Shown piece by piece: positions 40,367-53,016 of a stretch of 64,000 nucleotides of DNA (the first letter of the stretch is position 1; every line of letters begins with the position of its first letter). The stretch is taken from NCBI GenBank assembly GCA_951406725.2, contig OX597834.1, forward strand, positions 11,718,001 through 11,782,000, read 5' to 3'. The notes under the pieces were generated by a model that ran no database searches, was not told where the DNA came from, and saw only the letters and a program-made list of their open reading frames with translations. The translations under genes and the position numbers were made by a program. The DNA comes from Octopus vulgaris. Lineage: Eukaryota.

Positions 40367-41446
40367 TAGATAGATATCATCATCATAACATATGTACTGC
40401 AGCAGGCCATGAAGGCATTAATCAAGAGAATTGACACGGTTACATTTTTTAGAGTCTGGTACTTATTCCATCGATCTTTAAACTCAGAAACGCTTCCTCT
40501 TGGATCACCGAAGCATTAGGTAACCGATATTATTCAAAGCTTGCGTCATCTCAATCATACCGATTCGGACCGTTATTTTTGAAGAGAAACTGAGCAAAAT
40601 GTATTAAATGCCATGTAATACGCATCAGCGTGTGGAATTCCACAATAATATTCTCCGTGAAAGTCTCAAAGCTGCGATGCAAAACATTCGCAACAATATC
40701 TTCCGTTAATTGATGGTTTGGGATTAAGTATTTTTCTTTTGTCGTGAATAAATTGTTATGAAACGTGTCTGTGTACAGCCGTTTAGATACACCCAGTGCC
40801 AATTAAGATCATACAAGCAGCTAAGCTAGAGGCTTATATTTCTGAAACGGCAACTAACTGTCTAGATCGGATAATGAGGCCTTACATACACTATAATAAA
40901 TTTATAATAAGAAACTCAAACCATATTGTACTATTTTCAATTCAAATATTTCATGTATGCGTACTACATGCATATTCTATGCTATATTGTGCACACCGGA
41001 AACATACGTACTAAATTATTTCAAAACAATATTATTTGTTTTAATTTTATTATCGCAATCTATATAGCTACATGGCAATACAAACTAGTTGGTCTGCACT
41101 CCTTATATGAGGACACAGTAATATCCATTTGCACAAATATAATTCTTTTTACTCAACCAATTACACTTCACATTCATGGTTCCGATGAAGCTGTAACGTA
41201 TTATTAAGGTACTGAATTACGAGTCCACTTCATTTTATAGAAGAAACGACAGTGGGCATATGAAGTTCATAAGATAATCATTATCATTTATTCTTTTATC
41301 AAACTATTTTCTTTACACACACACACACATAGTTTCAAAAGTAAAGTTTTCCAATTTTATTTACATTTTTAGCCATATTTATTTTATTTGTATTTTAACT
41401 CTTTTTGAACTATATAGCTCTCCTGTCTGACCACCTCTGTCCAGCA

Positions 41447-41621
41447 TTCGCCATGATTGATCGCTAAGCACTGTTTTTTTTTTTCTGCGCTCCTTTCTGT
41501 TGTAGAGCATAAGCTCGAATCGTAAAAGACTTTCTCACTTCTCGAGCGTTAAACTAATACATTTGTTTGCTGTTTACACACCCATCTTTGTCTTTTGTTT
41601 TGTTTTTATTCTGTAAATTCC

Positions 41622-41627
<6 letters not shown>
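41447..41627 (+). mobile_element. Family E short repeat, diverged
   Basis: GAGC-ataa-GCTC GAAT CGTAAAAGAC...gagcgttaaactaatacat, ending in (TA)n. Confidence 0.6.
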
Positions 41628-41660
<33 letters not shown>

Positions 41661-41831
41661 TAATGAGGGGAGAGCGAGGGTTGAAGCAGGGGGAGAGGGA
41701 GAGAGAGAAATAGTTAGAGAAATAGAGTGTTTTGCTCAAGAACACAACACGCAGACTGGTCCAGGATTTTAACTCACAACCTCACGGTCGTAAGTTCGAC
41801 GCTCTAACCACTTAGCCATGCGCCTTCACAC

Positions 41832-41862
<31 letters not shown>

Positions 41863-41972
41863 GGGATCAAGTGTTACGCGAACACATGAAGTCAAGTGCC
41901 TGAGTGGAACCCGTTTCATTGATATACGGAAAATGTGTAACTTGCATGTTTTATATATAGAAATTTATATAT

Positions 41973-42011
<39 letters not shown>

Positions 42012-42381
42012 CGCACGCACACACGTGTGTATGTAGAGGGAAAGGCAGAGAGGCAAGATCATAATGATGATACCAAAAAAGCATTATATGAATATCGCAG
42101 CATTCTTGAGACATTGGGGAATTTATTCTCAGAAGCTAACACAAAAATAATGACGCTTTCTTTTTTGCAATAATTGACGTCAGACCTCACGACATAACAA
42201 TGACTCATACAGCTATTAATTGAGGTCACAATACACAGCATAACAGTTCTTCGTGAAGCAATCTCTTGACGTCACAATCCAACCCAATAATATTATTTTT
42301 TTTACTTACTTATTTCTTTGTGATCGCCTTCTGCTTACAATAGCGTTTTTGTTCTCCAGAGCGATAAACAATATTTTACCA

Positions 42382-42845
42382 TTAATATGATAGCAAAATA
42401 GACAGGAAAGTATTGAAGCGAATATATAGATCATCCATGGTAAAGAAAGTTACTTTTCATTTGATTTTCGACTCCAAATAAATACACCAAAATGGCGGTA
42501 ATTTTGCGGAATCTTTTGCACGTCGGGAAAAATACTTAATATGATAGCAAAATAGGCAGGAGAGTATTGAAGCGAATATATAGATCATCCATGGTAAAGA
42601 AAGTTACTTTTCATTTGATTTTCGACTTCAAATAAATACACCAAAATGGCGGTAATTTTGCGGAATCTTTTGCACGTCGGGAAAAATACTTAATATGATA
42701 GCAAAATAGGCAGGAGAGTATTGAAGCGAATATATAGATCATCCATGGTAAAGGAAGTTACATTTCATTTGATTTTCGACTCCAAATAAATACACCAAAA
42801 TGGCGGTAATTTTGCGGAATCTTTGGCACGTCGGGAAAAATACTT
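42382..42845 (+). repeat. Tandem repeat, 3 x 154 bp
   Basis: Units start at 42382, 42536 and 42690 and are near-identical. Confidence 0.92.
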
Positions 42846-43322
42846 ATGAGTAATTCTGATGACACTTGCCGCACTTATTTCAAATCCTAGCGAAAGTAAC
42901 TTTGCTTGTGTATCTTTTCGCGGTTGATAAAATACAGCAACAAACAAGTACTTGGAACCAAATAATAGACTTGTCTCGTTCATTTACAAGTTGCTGTTCT
43001 CGAAACCTGTAATGAATTCCGTCAGGTTCAAATGGATATTATTTATCTTGGCTACTTATACGCAAAGGAGGCTGGTTAATCACCCTCACAAGTCATGAAA
43101 TAACAACAGTAACAACAACACTAATGATAATATATATTTGTGTATGTATACACTTACATATATATATGCATACATGTAAACAAATACACACATATTATAC
43201 ATATACACACATAAACACACATATATATGTACACACATAAACACACACATATACAAATATATACATACATACATGCATACATACATGTAATATATATATA
43301 TATACATGTATATTTCCATGTA

Positions 43323-43355
<33 letters not shown>

Positions 43356-43500
43356 AATATATATGCATACATATAAACAAATACATACAGACACACATAC
43401 ACAAATATATACATACATACAAATACACGCATAAACACACACACACATATATATATATACAAATATATACATACATACATACATGTATGATATTACCATG

Positions 43501-43535
<35 letters not shown>

Positions 43536-43536
<1 letters not shown>

Positions 43537-44155
43537 AACTTATAAGAAAGGGCTAAAGAAAATTATTTCAATGCCAATATGCTGATTTTCCACAGTTGTT
43601 ATAATTTTAACCGTAAAGGTATTTTAATATGCTGCCACATTTCTTGATGGAATTCTTTTCTGTAGAGAAAAAACTTCATCCTATATTAGTAGTAGACTTA
43701 TTACTACCCGCTATAGAGACTGGTAACCAGTATAATCTGTAGTGGCGAGCAGTCAACACGTTGTTCTGAGGCTGACCAAATAATTTTTACTTTTAGATAT
43801 AACTGGGGTACGTAAGTGTACTCATGTTTTGGCTTCGGCTTTTTCTATGGGCGCATGTAAGTATCTTATTTATATTCTCTCGTAAGCTCTACTGAAGACG
43901 AATAAATCTTTTATGAGATTAATTCCGAAATTGATTCAATATAGAGATAACGAAATTTAAATATTCTAACGGTTAGTTTGCCCGACTTCAATTCAATTTT
44001 TCTGTAGCGAGTAGATTATATGTGGAAAATCAGCATATTGGCTTTGAAATAATTTTCTCTAGCCCTTTCTGAGAAGTTGATTATAATTTTAACCGTAAAG
44101 TTTCTTGATGGAATTCTTTTCTGTAGAGAAAAAAAAACTTCATCGTATATTAGTA

Positions 44156-44157
<2 letters not shown>
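43536..44157 (+). mobile_element. Penelope-like/retrozyme-like non-coding element with direct and inverted terminal repeats
   Basis: 43536-43594 is the inverse of 44021-44079. 43599-43693 is directly repeated at 44081-44157. There is a central hammerhead, and (TA)n on both flanks. Confidence 0.6.
43880..43953 (+). ncRNA. Type-I hammerhead ribozyme-like motif
   Basis: Stem I ctcta/tagag (extendable), CTGAAGA, an 11-position stem II, GAAA, stem III ATTG/CAAT, and cleavage triplet AUA at 43939-43941. The first stem II pair is C-C. Confidence 0.65.
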
Positions 44158-44207
<50 letters not shown>

Positions 44208-44480
44208 TTACGGATTTCATGCATTTTCCATTCAGAAATTCACCAAGCGAAGAAATCTCTGAGTATTTATATAGAACCAGCGATTGTGTTGGAAAAGGTG
44301 AGACCTTTTGACAGACAACTAGCTCGGCGTACACAGCCTGTTCGATCAGACCGAGAAATCTATTTCATAAATTGTTACTAAATATAAGCAGAAGTGTTCC
44401 GTGACTGAAGGCAATCCATGATATTTTACATTTAAAGTATTTTATAGCCAGTAATTCTCAAACTGCTCAGGACTACACTC

Positions 44481-44514
<34 letters not shown>

Positions 44515-44690
44515 TTTATTAGCATAATGAATTCTGACATCATAGCGCTTGATAAAATGTTCTTTCACGTAAGAGAGGACGCCACGATCTTTGACACAAA
44601 ATCTACTGATGCAACCTGTAACTGTGAACACTTACTACTTTATATAAATATTTCATATCCTATGAGATATCAAATATAAATATGCACGTA

Positions 44691-44732
<42 letters not shown>

Positions 44733-44985
44733 AGGAGAGAGAGAGAGAGAAAGATCCATTCATAGTAGAGATTCGTATATGAGTACATGGATATATATGT
44801 ATGTACACGCCACCATATATATATATAAATATATATATACGCATGTATATACATACATATATACATGTATATATATATACGTATGTATACACATACATAT
44901 ATTATATACGTGTATATATATATATGTGTATATATATATATATATATACGTATGTATATACATACATATATTATGTATATATATA

Positions 44986-45017
<32 letters not shown>

Positions 45018-45040
45018 CGTATGTATATACATACATATAT

Positions 45041-45098
<58 letters not shown>

Positions 45099-45698
45099 AG
45101 TTTGTGTTTATTTATGTATATATGTGTAAAGTAAATACATGTAGCAATCTCTCTTTCACTTTCCCTCTCGTATATATATATATATGATGTGTGGATGCAT
45201 GTAGGAATGTATCAACGCATACCCATACACCCACATTGTGTTAGCATTGATACATCATGATGATAAGCCATAAAATCGGTGGAATAAATACAATAACATT
45301 GAATATCTATAGCTGAAATTGCAAGCTACATCCGCTTATTGTTACATTTCAGTGCTATTTTTACTAGCAGTTCTCTGAAATCTGTTATACAGACGTCATG
45401 CAATAGCCGCCAGCAACATGAAACGCGAATATAGCTGAATCAGGCAGCTTGTCTCTGCTATGACTCAAGCATTTAGTGTTCTGCTTTGCATGAATATAGC
45501 AACAGAAGGAAATGTGATCGTTGACTTATACCAACGGCTTAAGCATATTTCTGTATAGATTTAAGAATAAGTGAAATGTTTATTATTATAAATATCTTCC
45601 TTATATTCGATTTTGCACGACATAGTATATTATTGTTTACTGACGTTGTCGTTAAGATCCAGGTCAGCTCCGGTCTTGATTGTCACAAGTTTAGATAT

Positions 45699-46452
45699 AT
45701 TTCTTTACTACCCACAAGGGGCTAATCACAGAGGGGACAAACAAGGACAGACAAACGGATTAAGCCGATTATATCGACCCCAGTGCGAGACTGGTACTTT
45801 ATTCATCGACCCCTAAAGGATGAAAGGCAAAGTCGACCTCGGCGGAATTTGAACTCAGAACGTAGCGGCAGATGAAATACCTATTTCTTTACTACTCACA
45901 AGGCGCTAATCACAGAAGGGACAAACAAGGACAGATAAAGCGATTAAGCCGATTACATCGACCCCAGTGCGAGATTGGTACTTTATTCATCGACCCCTAA
46001 AGGATGAAAGGCAAAGTCGACCTCGGCGGAATTTGAACTCAGAACGTAGCGGCAGATGAAATACCTATTTCTTTACTACTCACAAAGGGCTAATCACAGA
46101 GGGGACAAACAAGGACAGACAAACGGATTAAGCTGATTACATCGACTCCAGTGAAAGAGTGGTACTTTATTTATCGACCCCGAAAGGATGAAAGGCAAGG
46201 TCGACCTCGGCGGAATTTGAACTCAGAACGTAGCGGCAGATGAAATACCTATTTCTTTACTACTCACAAAGGGCTAATCACAGAGGGGACAAACAAGGAC
46301 AGACAAACGGATTAAGCTGATTACATCGACTCCAGTGCGAGAGTGGTACTTTATTTATCGACCCCGAAAGGATGAAAGGCAAGGTCGACCTCGGCGGAAT
46401 TTGAACTCAGGACGTAACGGCAGACGAAATACCGCAAAGCATTTCGCCCGGC
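45699..46452 (-). mobile_element. SINE B tetramer (184-bp period) within one 17-bp TSD
   Basis: Junctions at 45871, 46055 and 46239. TSD gtcacaagtttagatat at 45682-45698 and 46453-46469. Confidence 0.88.
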
Positions 46453-46734
46453 GTCACAAGTTTAGATATGGTTTAGTAGTAACTGCACGGGCTTTTTAAA
46501 CCGGTACTTCGTTTTATTTTTAGGTAGGATTTTTAATGAGTATTAATTATGGTTTCAATAAAATTTGGCTGATATATGTTGCTGATCAAACTTCTACGAA
46601 CCCCGTCCGTTAGTGATTCGTAGCCATTTCCACCTGTCTATTCACCCTAAGCACCCGAGTGCCACAGCGTTTTCTCTCATCGAGATTCTTATATTTACTT
46701 CTAAATCAAAGTAAATCTAATTATTCTATTTACA

Positions 46735-46886
46735 AGTAACTTGCTTACCAACCACATGGTTCCGGGTCCAGTCACACTGCGTGGCATCTTGGGCAAGTGT
46801 CTTCTACTATAGCCTTGGGCCGACCAAAGCCTTGTGAGTGAATTTCGTAGTCGGAAACAGAAAGAATCCCGTCGTATATATGTATG

Positions 46887-46972
<86 letters not shown>

Positions 46973-47199
46973 CGTGTATGTTTGTGCTTCTGTGTTTGTC
47001 CCCCTAGCATTGCTTGACAACCGACGCTGGTGTGTTTACGTCACCGTTATCTAGCGGTTCGGCAATAGAGACCGATAGAATAAGTACTAGGCTTACAAAG
47101 AATAAAGTCCCGGGGTCGATTTGTGCGACTAAAGGCGGTGCTCCAGCATGGCCGCAGTCAAATGACTGAAACAAGTAAAAGAGGAAAAGAGTAAAGAGT
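46735..47199 (+). mobile_element. SINE family A
   Basis: Match to family A. Confidence 0.85.
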
Positions 47200-47509
47200 A
47201 AGTATATCGACATATAAACTGGCAAATGCTATTTACAAAACATCATCATGATGCTGATGATGACGATGAGGAGGAGGAGGACGGGGAGGATGCTTTCTTT
47301 TATGAAGCCATAGTGGCATATATCAAAGTGACGTCAAGATAACAGTCAACAAGTTGTGTGCACTTTTGCATTTGATTTCAGACTTGAGCAAATAGAAGAC
47401 AAAAAACAAACACAAAAAACTCGAGATTGCGAGAATTTGGTATATAAGCAAAATTGTAAGTTTTTTTACTGAAATAGTTGGTACGTTATGAATTATGTTT
47501 GTTATTCAA

Positions 47510-47933
47510 TTCTACCAATTCTACTATATGGCTCAGAAACCTGGACGTTATCAAAGAAGCTTGAGAGGCGGTTGGATGGAACCTACACTCGCCTCCTTAT
47601 GAGAGCTCAAAATCTCTCATGGAAGCCTCATCCAACCAAAGTACAAATATATGGGAAACTACCACCTGTGTCATCTCTTGTGAAAGGTAGGAGAGTCCAG
47701 TTTGCTGGACATTGTTGTAGAGCTGAAAAAGAGGTAATTTCTACTCTCCTCCTCTGGAAGCCATCTACTCGCAATACCAGAGGGCGCACACTCTCCTATC
47801 CTGATGTAATCTCCAGGGATACAGGCATCCAGCAACAGGACCTCCGTAATGCCATGATGGACCGTGAAGTCTGGCGTAGCATGGTAAATTCCATTGTCTC
47901 GACCACGGTCGAACAATGATGATGATGATGATG
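47510..47933 (+). mobile_element. RTE-clade LINE, 5'-truncated 3' end with open ORF and (TGA)n tail
   Basis: LLYGSETWTL...LMRAQNLSW...RRVQFAGHC...DREVWR followed by tgatgatgatga. Confidence 0.85.
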
Positions 47934-48039
47934 TTTCTTAATATAGCCAAATAATTTAAAGATATTGGAATAGAATGTTAATCTCGTATATATATGCAAG
48001 ACAGTAACCTTCTGCACGCTTAATTACTACCAGAAATAA

Positions 48040-48567
48040 GAGCAATCCTGTGCTAATTCGTATAATTGATAGTTATGAAAATCAAATTTGCTTACTGATT
48101 GATCCATCATGGCCTTTGGATTTCAGAATTGTGAAGAAAGAAAATGAGATGAAAGAATAATCTCGAAGAATTGAAGCAAGCAATATGTAGATGTTGTACC
48201 TGTGAATATTGGTGCATTAATGACGCTGAATGGCAAATGGTTAATTGAGGAGATTTAAGGCGGCGAGATGGCAAAAACGTTAGCACGCCGGGCGAAATGC
48301 TTTGTGATGTTTCGTCTGTCGTTACGTTCTGAGTTCAAATTCCGCCGAGGTCGACTTTGCCTTTCATCATTTCGGGGTCGATTAAATAAGTACCAGTTAC
48401 GCACGTAATCCGTTCGTCTATCCTTGTATGTCTTCTCTGCGTTTAGCCCCTCGTGGGTAGTAAAAAATAGGTTAAATGAGGAGATTGGGATGAGATGTCC
48501 CGAAGAGCTTCGGCAGGTTTTCCTCTTAGGAACAGGACAGATTATCAGAACGCCTTTGAGCACATGA
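48040..48567 (+). mobile_element. R4/Dong-like RLE endonuclease C-terminal relic, interrupted by SINE B (48256-48469)
   Basis: CLLIDPSWPLD..I.KKE, VVPVNIGAL and LLGTGQIIR motifs. The SINE TSD ggttaa(t/a)tgaggagatt is at 48239-48255 and 48470-48486. Confidence 0.7.
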
Positions 48568-48704
48568 AAAAAATTATTAAAAACGGCTATTAAAAACAGT
48601 TAGGAGTAAGACCCTGCTATCTATATAAATTCTATCCGGAATAAGACCGATCTTGAGCCAAGTCGACTCCTCCTCCTCCTACTACTACTACTAATAACAA
48701 TAAT

Positions 48705-49122
48705 AGTTCTACTCAGTACCACATAATTGCTTGTCTATTGTTTGACCTTAACCAGTTCAGTATGTCCTTTCTTGACTGACGATAAGTGCATCTCTGATCT
48801 ACAGTAGAATCAGTGTGGGGACATCATAGCCATGTGCTGAGAGGAATTCTTTAGAGTTTGAATGAGTCACCTCTGGAAATATGGGTGTTTCGTTCAACAT
48901 CCTGAAACAATCTTTATTCAAGGGCCATTCAACCTGAAGAAAATTCTGACACCCACCTGAAAGTTCATGCGCTGTTTATCTTGTCGTGCACATTTGGTTG
49001 TGATGCATGTGCATGGTGTACCCTTATCAGACGAGTAGTCATCATGGGTATACTGGGCTTCGTATATTTTAACCCAGTGTCACTTTGATGGCATTCACTG
49101 CTCTCTCACTCAATAATAATAA
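48705..49122 (+). mobile_element. Family F (TAA)n-associated non-coding repeat
   Basis: Shares blocks with 55683-56050 and 57320-57560, and ends in cactc(aat)n. Confidence 0.6.
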
Positions 49123-49123
49123 T

Positions 49124-49328
49124 AAGGCGAGCTGGCAGAAACGTTAGCACGACGGGCGAAATGCCCAGCAGTATTTCGTCTGTCCTTACCTTCTTAGTTC
49201 AAATTCCACCGAGGTCGACTTTGCCTTCCATCCTTTCGGGGGTCGATAAATTAAGTACCAGTTACGCACTGGAGTCGATGTAATCGATTTAATTGCTTTG
49301 TCTGTCCTTGTGGACAATAAAGAAATAA
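49124..49328 (+). mobile_element. SINE family B
   Basis: Head AAGGCGAGCTGGCAGAAACGTTAGCAC plus the family B core. Confidence 0.8.
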
Positions 49329-49805
49329 TAATGATAATAATAATACAAAAAATTGGATAATGATGACGATAACGATGACGGTGGTGGTACTGCTGATTAT
49401 GGTGTAATGATGATGATAATGATGACGACAACGATATTAATGATGGTGATATTGGCGATGCAAATGAAATCTATGATGATACTGGGAATATATATGAAGT
49501 AGAAATATGAAACACTAAAGAGGAATGTTAATTATTTTAATGACACTTACTACTGTGGTGATGACCATGCTTTCAGCGATAAAGCTGCTGGAACTAATGA
49601 ACTAATTACGATAAGAAATGTGGTGAAGGTGGCGCTGAGGTCGTGAGAGTGCCAGAGCTGGTTGTAATGGTGGTTGTGGTAATAGTTTGATTTGAATTAT
49701 ATCTTGGTTGTTATAAATAAACAGCGATTTGGTTATATGCATTTATTAACGCGTATATAAGTATCTGCAAACCCACAGACGCCGACTCTTATACATGCAT
49801 GCATA

Positions 49806-50396
49806 GGCGCAGGAGTGGCTGTGTTGTAAGTAGCTTGCTTACCAACCACATGGTGCCGGGTTCAGTCCCATTGCGTGACACTTTGGGCAAGTGTCTTCTA
49901 CTATAGCCTCGGGCCGACTGGTAGACGGAAACTGAAAGAAGCCCGTCATGTGTATATATATATATATAGACGAAGGAGTGGCTGTGTGGTAAGTAGCTTG
50001 TCTACCAACCATATGGTTCCGGGTTCAGTCCCACTGCGTGGCATCTTGGGCAAGTGTCTTCTACTATAGCCTCGGGCCGACCAAAGCATTGTGAGTGGAT
50101 TTGGTAGACGGAAACTGAAAGAAGCCCGTCGTATATATGTATATATATATATCTGTGAGTATGTGTGTGTGCGTGTATGTTTGTGTGTCTGTGTTTGTCC
50201 CCTAGCATTTCTTGACAACCGATGCTGGTGTGTTTACGTCCCCGTCACTTCGCAGTTCCGGAAAAGAGACCGATAGAATAAGTACTATCCTTACAAAGAA
50301 TAAGTCCTGGGGACGATTTGCTCGACTAAAGGCGGTGCTCCAGCATGGCCGCAGTCAAATGACTGAAACAAGTAAGAGGTTAAAAGAGTAGAAGAG
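49806..50396 (+). mobile_element. SINE family A: partial head copy followed by a full copy
   Basis: Two heads, at 49806 and 49968. Confidence 0.85.
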
Positions 50397-50823
50397 ATAC
50401 TCACATGCAAGTAAATGCGTATTACTGGTACTCCGTCGATTACGACGAAGAGTGTTCCAGTCGATCCAATCGACGAAACAGCCAGTTGATCCGATCAATG
50501 GAACAGCCAGTTGATCCGATGAACGGAATAGCCGATCAACGGAACAACGTGAAAGTGGATGAGCGCTCCACAAACAGTTCGACCCTTAAAGTAGTTCTCA
50601 AGGATTTTCGGCGTGGCACAGGGTATGATGAGGCTGGCCCTTTGAAACACATGTACTGCTCTTTTTTGCCAGCCTCGTGGACTGGAGCAAAATGAAATAA
50701 AATGTCTAGCTCAAGGACACAATGCGTCACGAGCTTACGATTGTAAGCCAAATCCCCAAACCACTAAGCCACACATCTTTAGTGAAGACTTCACTAAATG
50801 TGTAAGGGCACATATGTATACAA

Positions 50824-51390
50824 AGGTCGACTTAGCCATTCATCCTTTCGGGGTCAATTAAATAAGTAGAAGTTACGCACTGGGGTCGATGTAATCGACT
50901 TAACCCTTTTGTCTGTCCTTGTTTGTCCCCTCTATGTTTAGCTCTTTGTGAGTAGTAAAGGAAAAATATATTTAGCCGCATCTTATGCATTTATTATATT
51001 TAGCCGCGTCTTTATTTTCTGAGTTCAAATTCCACTAAGGTTGACGTTGCATTTCATTCTTTCAAGGTCGACAAAATAAATAGCAATTGTCCATTGGGGG
51101 TCGATTTTACCAAAATTTGAAACCAGTATTTCTTATTCTTGTTACTGAAGATGAAGACATTTGCAGTGTATATAAGCCATCCAGAATTGAAACGAGGCAA
51201 TCTTTAATATTTCTATGCAAAAAACATAACAGCAATCTTTAAAATGTAAAACCCCAATTGATAATATTTAAAAATGCTTAAACGATCAAAGACACGACAT
51301 AAAAGGAATGTCTTTAACAGGTTCTAAAAAATGAAGTGCATATTATAAACTTTAATAACATGAATATGGCGGGCATTTTTATTGAACTTA
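50824..51390 (+). repeat. SINE B tail plus flank, duplicated at 61267-61815
   Basis: Colinear match that includes non-SINE sequence (gacatttgcagtgtatataagccatccagaattgaaacga...ggcatttttattgaactta). Confidence 0.88.
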
Positions 51391-51974
51391 TCTAGGGACT
51401 GAAACCGGAACCATGAGGTTGAAAAGCAAGCTTCCTACCGCGCATCCACTCCTCAGCGAGCGTGACCACGTGTGTGTGTGTTTTTGCGTTTCTCTATGTA
51501 CACAAATAAAGAGAGCAGTAGAAAAACAAGGCAACAATACAAGAGTTGCATGCATGTGTGTTAAGTGTACTTGTCTGAACGCTCTTGCGTCCATTGATAA
51601 GAGCACTATTGTATGCGTTTTATTTTTCTTTATCGTCTGCGAATCACTAATTAAATAACAAATACGTGATAACCATACTAAATTTCACATCAGTGTCCAA
51701 TCGAAAAATTCCTCAACCGCAGTACTCACCTTCTATTAGCTAACATTAAATGACATCCTTTGATCTATAAAGTCCTAATTCTACTTATATGATAACTTTA
51801 CGAGTGAAGAGTAAAAAAAGTCAATGTAGATTCATAAATAAATACTTAAATAGTAAATAATAATAATAATATTAATAATAATAATAATAATGGTGATGAT
51901 ATCAAATTTTTGCCACGAAGGCAGCAATAATATATAATACCTGTACATCACCTCCAAACATTCTACTGTATATA

Positions 51975-52024
<50 letters not shown>

Positions 52025-53016
52025 TAAAGAGTATATATATATATATATATGTGAAGAGTATATATATATACATATGTGCGTGCGTGTTAGTGTATATTTA
52101 CATATATATATATATAGATAGATATACGTATAGTTGTGTGTGTGTGTGTGTAAGTATGTATGTGTTAGTATATATATTTGCATATACACATATATGTGTG
52201 TGTGTGCGTTTAGATGAATAGTTATATCTATATTTCTTACTCGGCATGTTTGTGAATGTCTTGTGTCTTGTGTCTGTCTTTAAATGTGCTCTTGTTTGTG
52301 GATGTGCTAAAGTGCGTACGTGTATATGAGGGTGTTTATTGGATGAGATGCTATGATCACACGCAACATGACTCCAATTAACTTATTTACTTAAACATTT
52401 ATAACGAGAGTGAAATGAAAAAAAAAATCTCTCTGAATCGAATCTAAAGCATTTTACTGCATCTGTTGACTTAACCATCTGTCCATCAACATCGGCATCA
52501 AAGCTTGTTTATCCAGCTGCAGTCTTACATAATTTTCGTTGTTGCGGTTTTATAAAGTGCGCGATCAAGCTGTGTGACACAGAAATTCGTTACGCAGCAG
52601 CCAGTTTTCTGTTTCCTACCCAGGTAGACGATGCAATGTTTCCTTCCGTATATCCATCGTGTAATTCCATCAAATCAATCCCAAAATATATGCGTTAATT
52701 AGTAATTAGAGAAAGATTGAGCTGTATTGCTCTTTGTGTTCTACATGAAATCCAGCATTTGATGATCCATTGGTCACCTAATGATCCGAATCCGTATTAA
52801 GAGGAGCAGCATCCATGAATTTTAGAAGGAAATGAAAGGATAAATGGATAATGTGATTGAGATTTATGTGAAGTGATGATGTATGAGGTTAGAGCATCAA
52901 TCCTATAAATGGTTAATTTTCGAACCTGTCAGTGTGTGACTGAGGGGGTATAATTATGGAAACCTATCAAGAGTTCTACCATTTTAGTGATGTTCTACAG
53001 AGCAGTTAATAACGAC

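Noticed and set aside
40480-40800. Possible mariner-like transposase end
   Set aside because: There is only a vague resemblance, with no intact diagnostic motif.
45699-46452. Regular arrays here and at 42382 and 60806 as possible CRISPR arrays
   Set aside because: The units are fully repeated with no unique spacers, are SINE-derived, and sit in a eukaryotic context with no cas genes.
51730-51764. Possible minus-strand micro-exon (ttatag|...GAAG|gtgagt)
   Set aside because: It has a stop in the frame needed to join the phase-1 receptor exon. It could only be UTR, and I have no supporting evidence for that.
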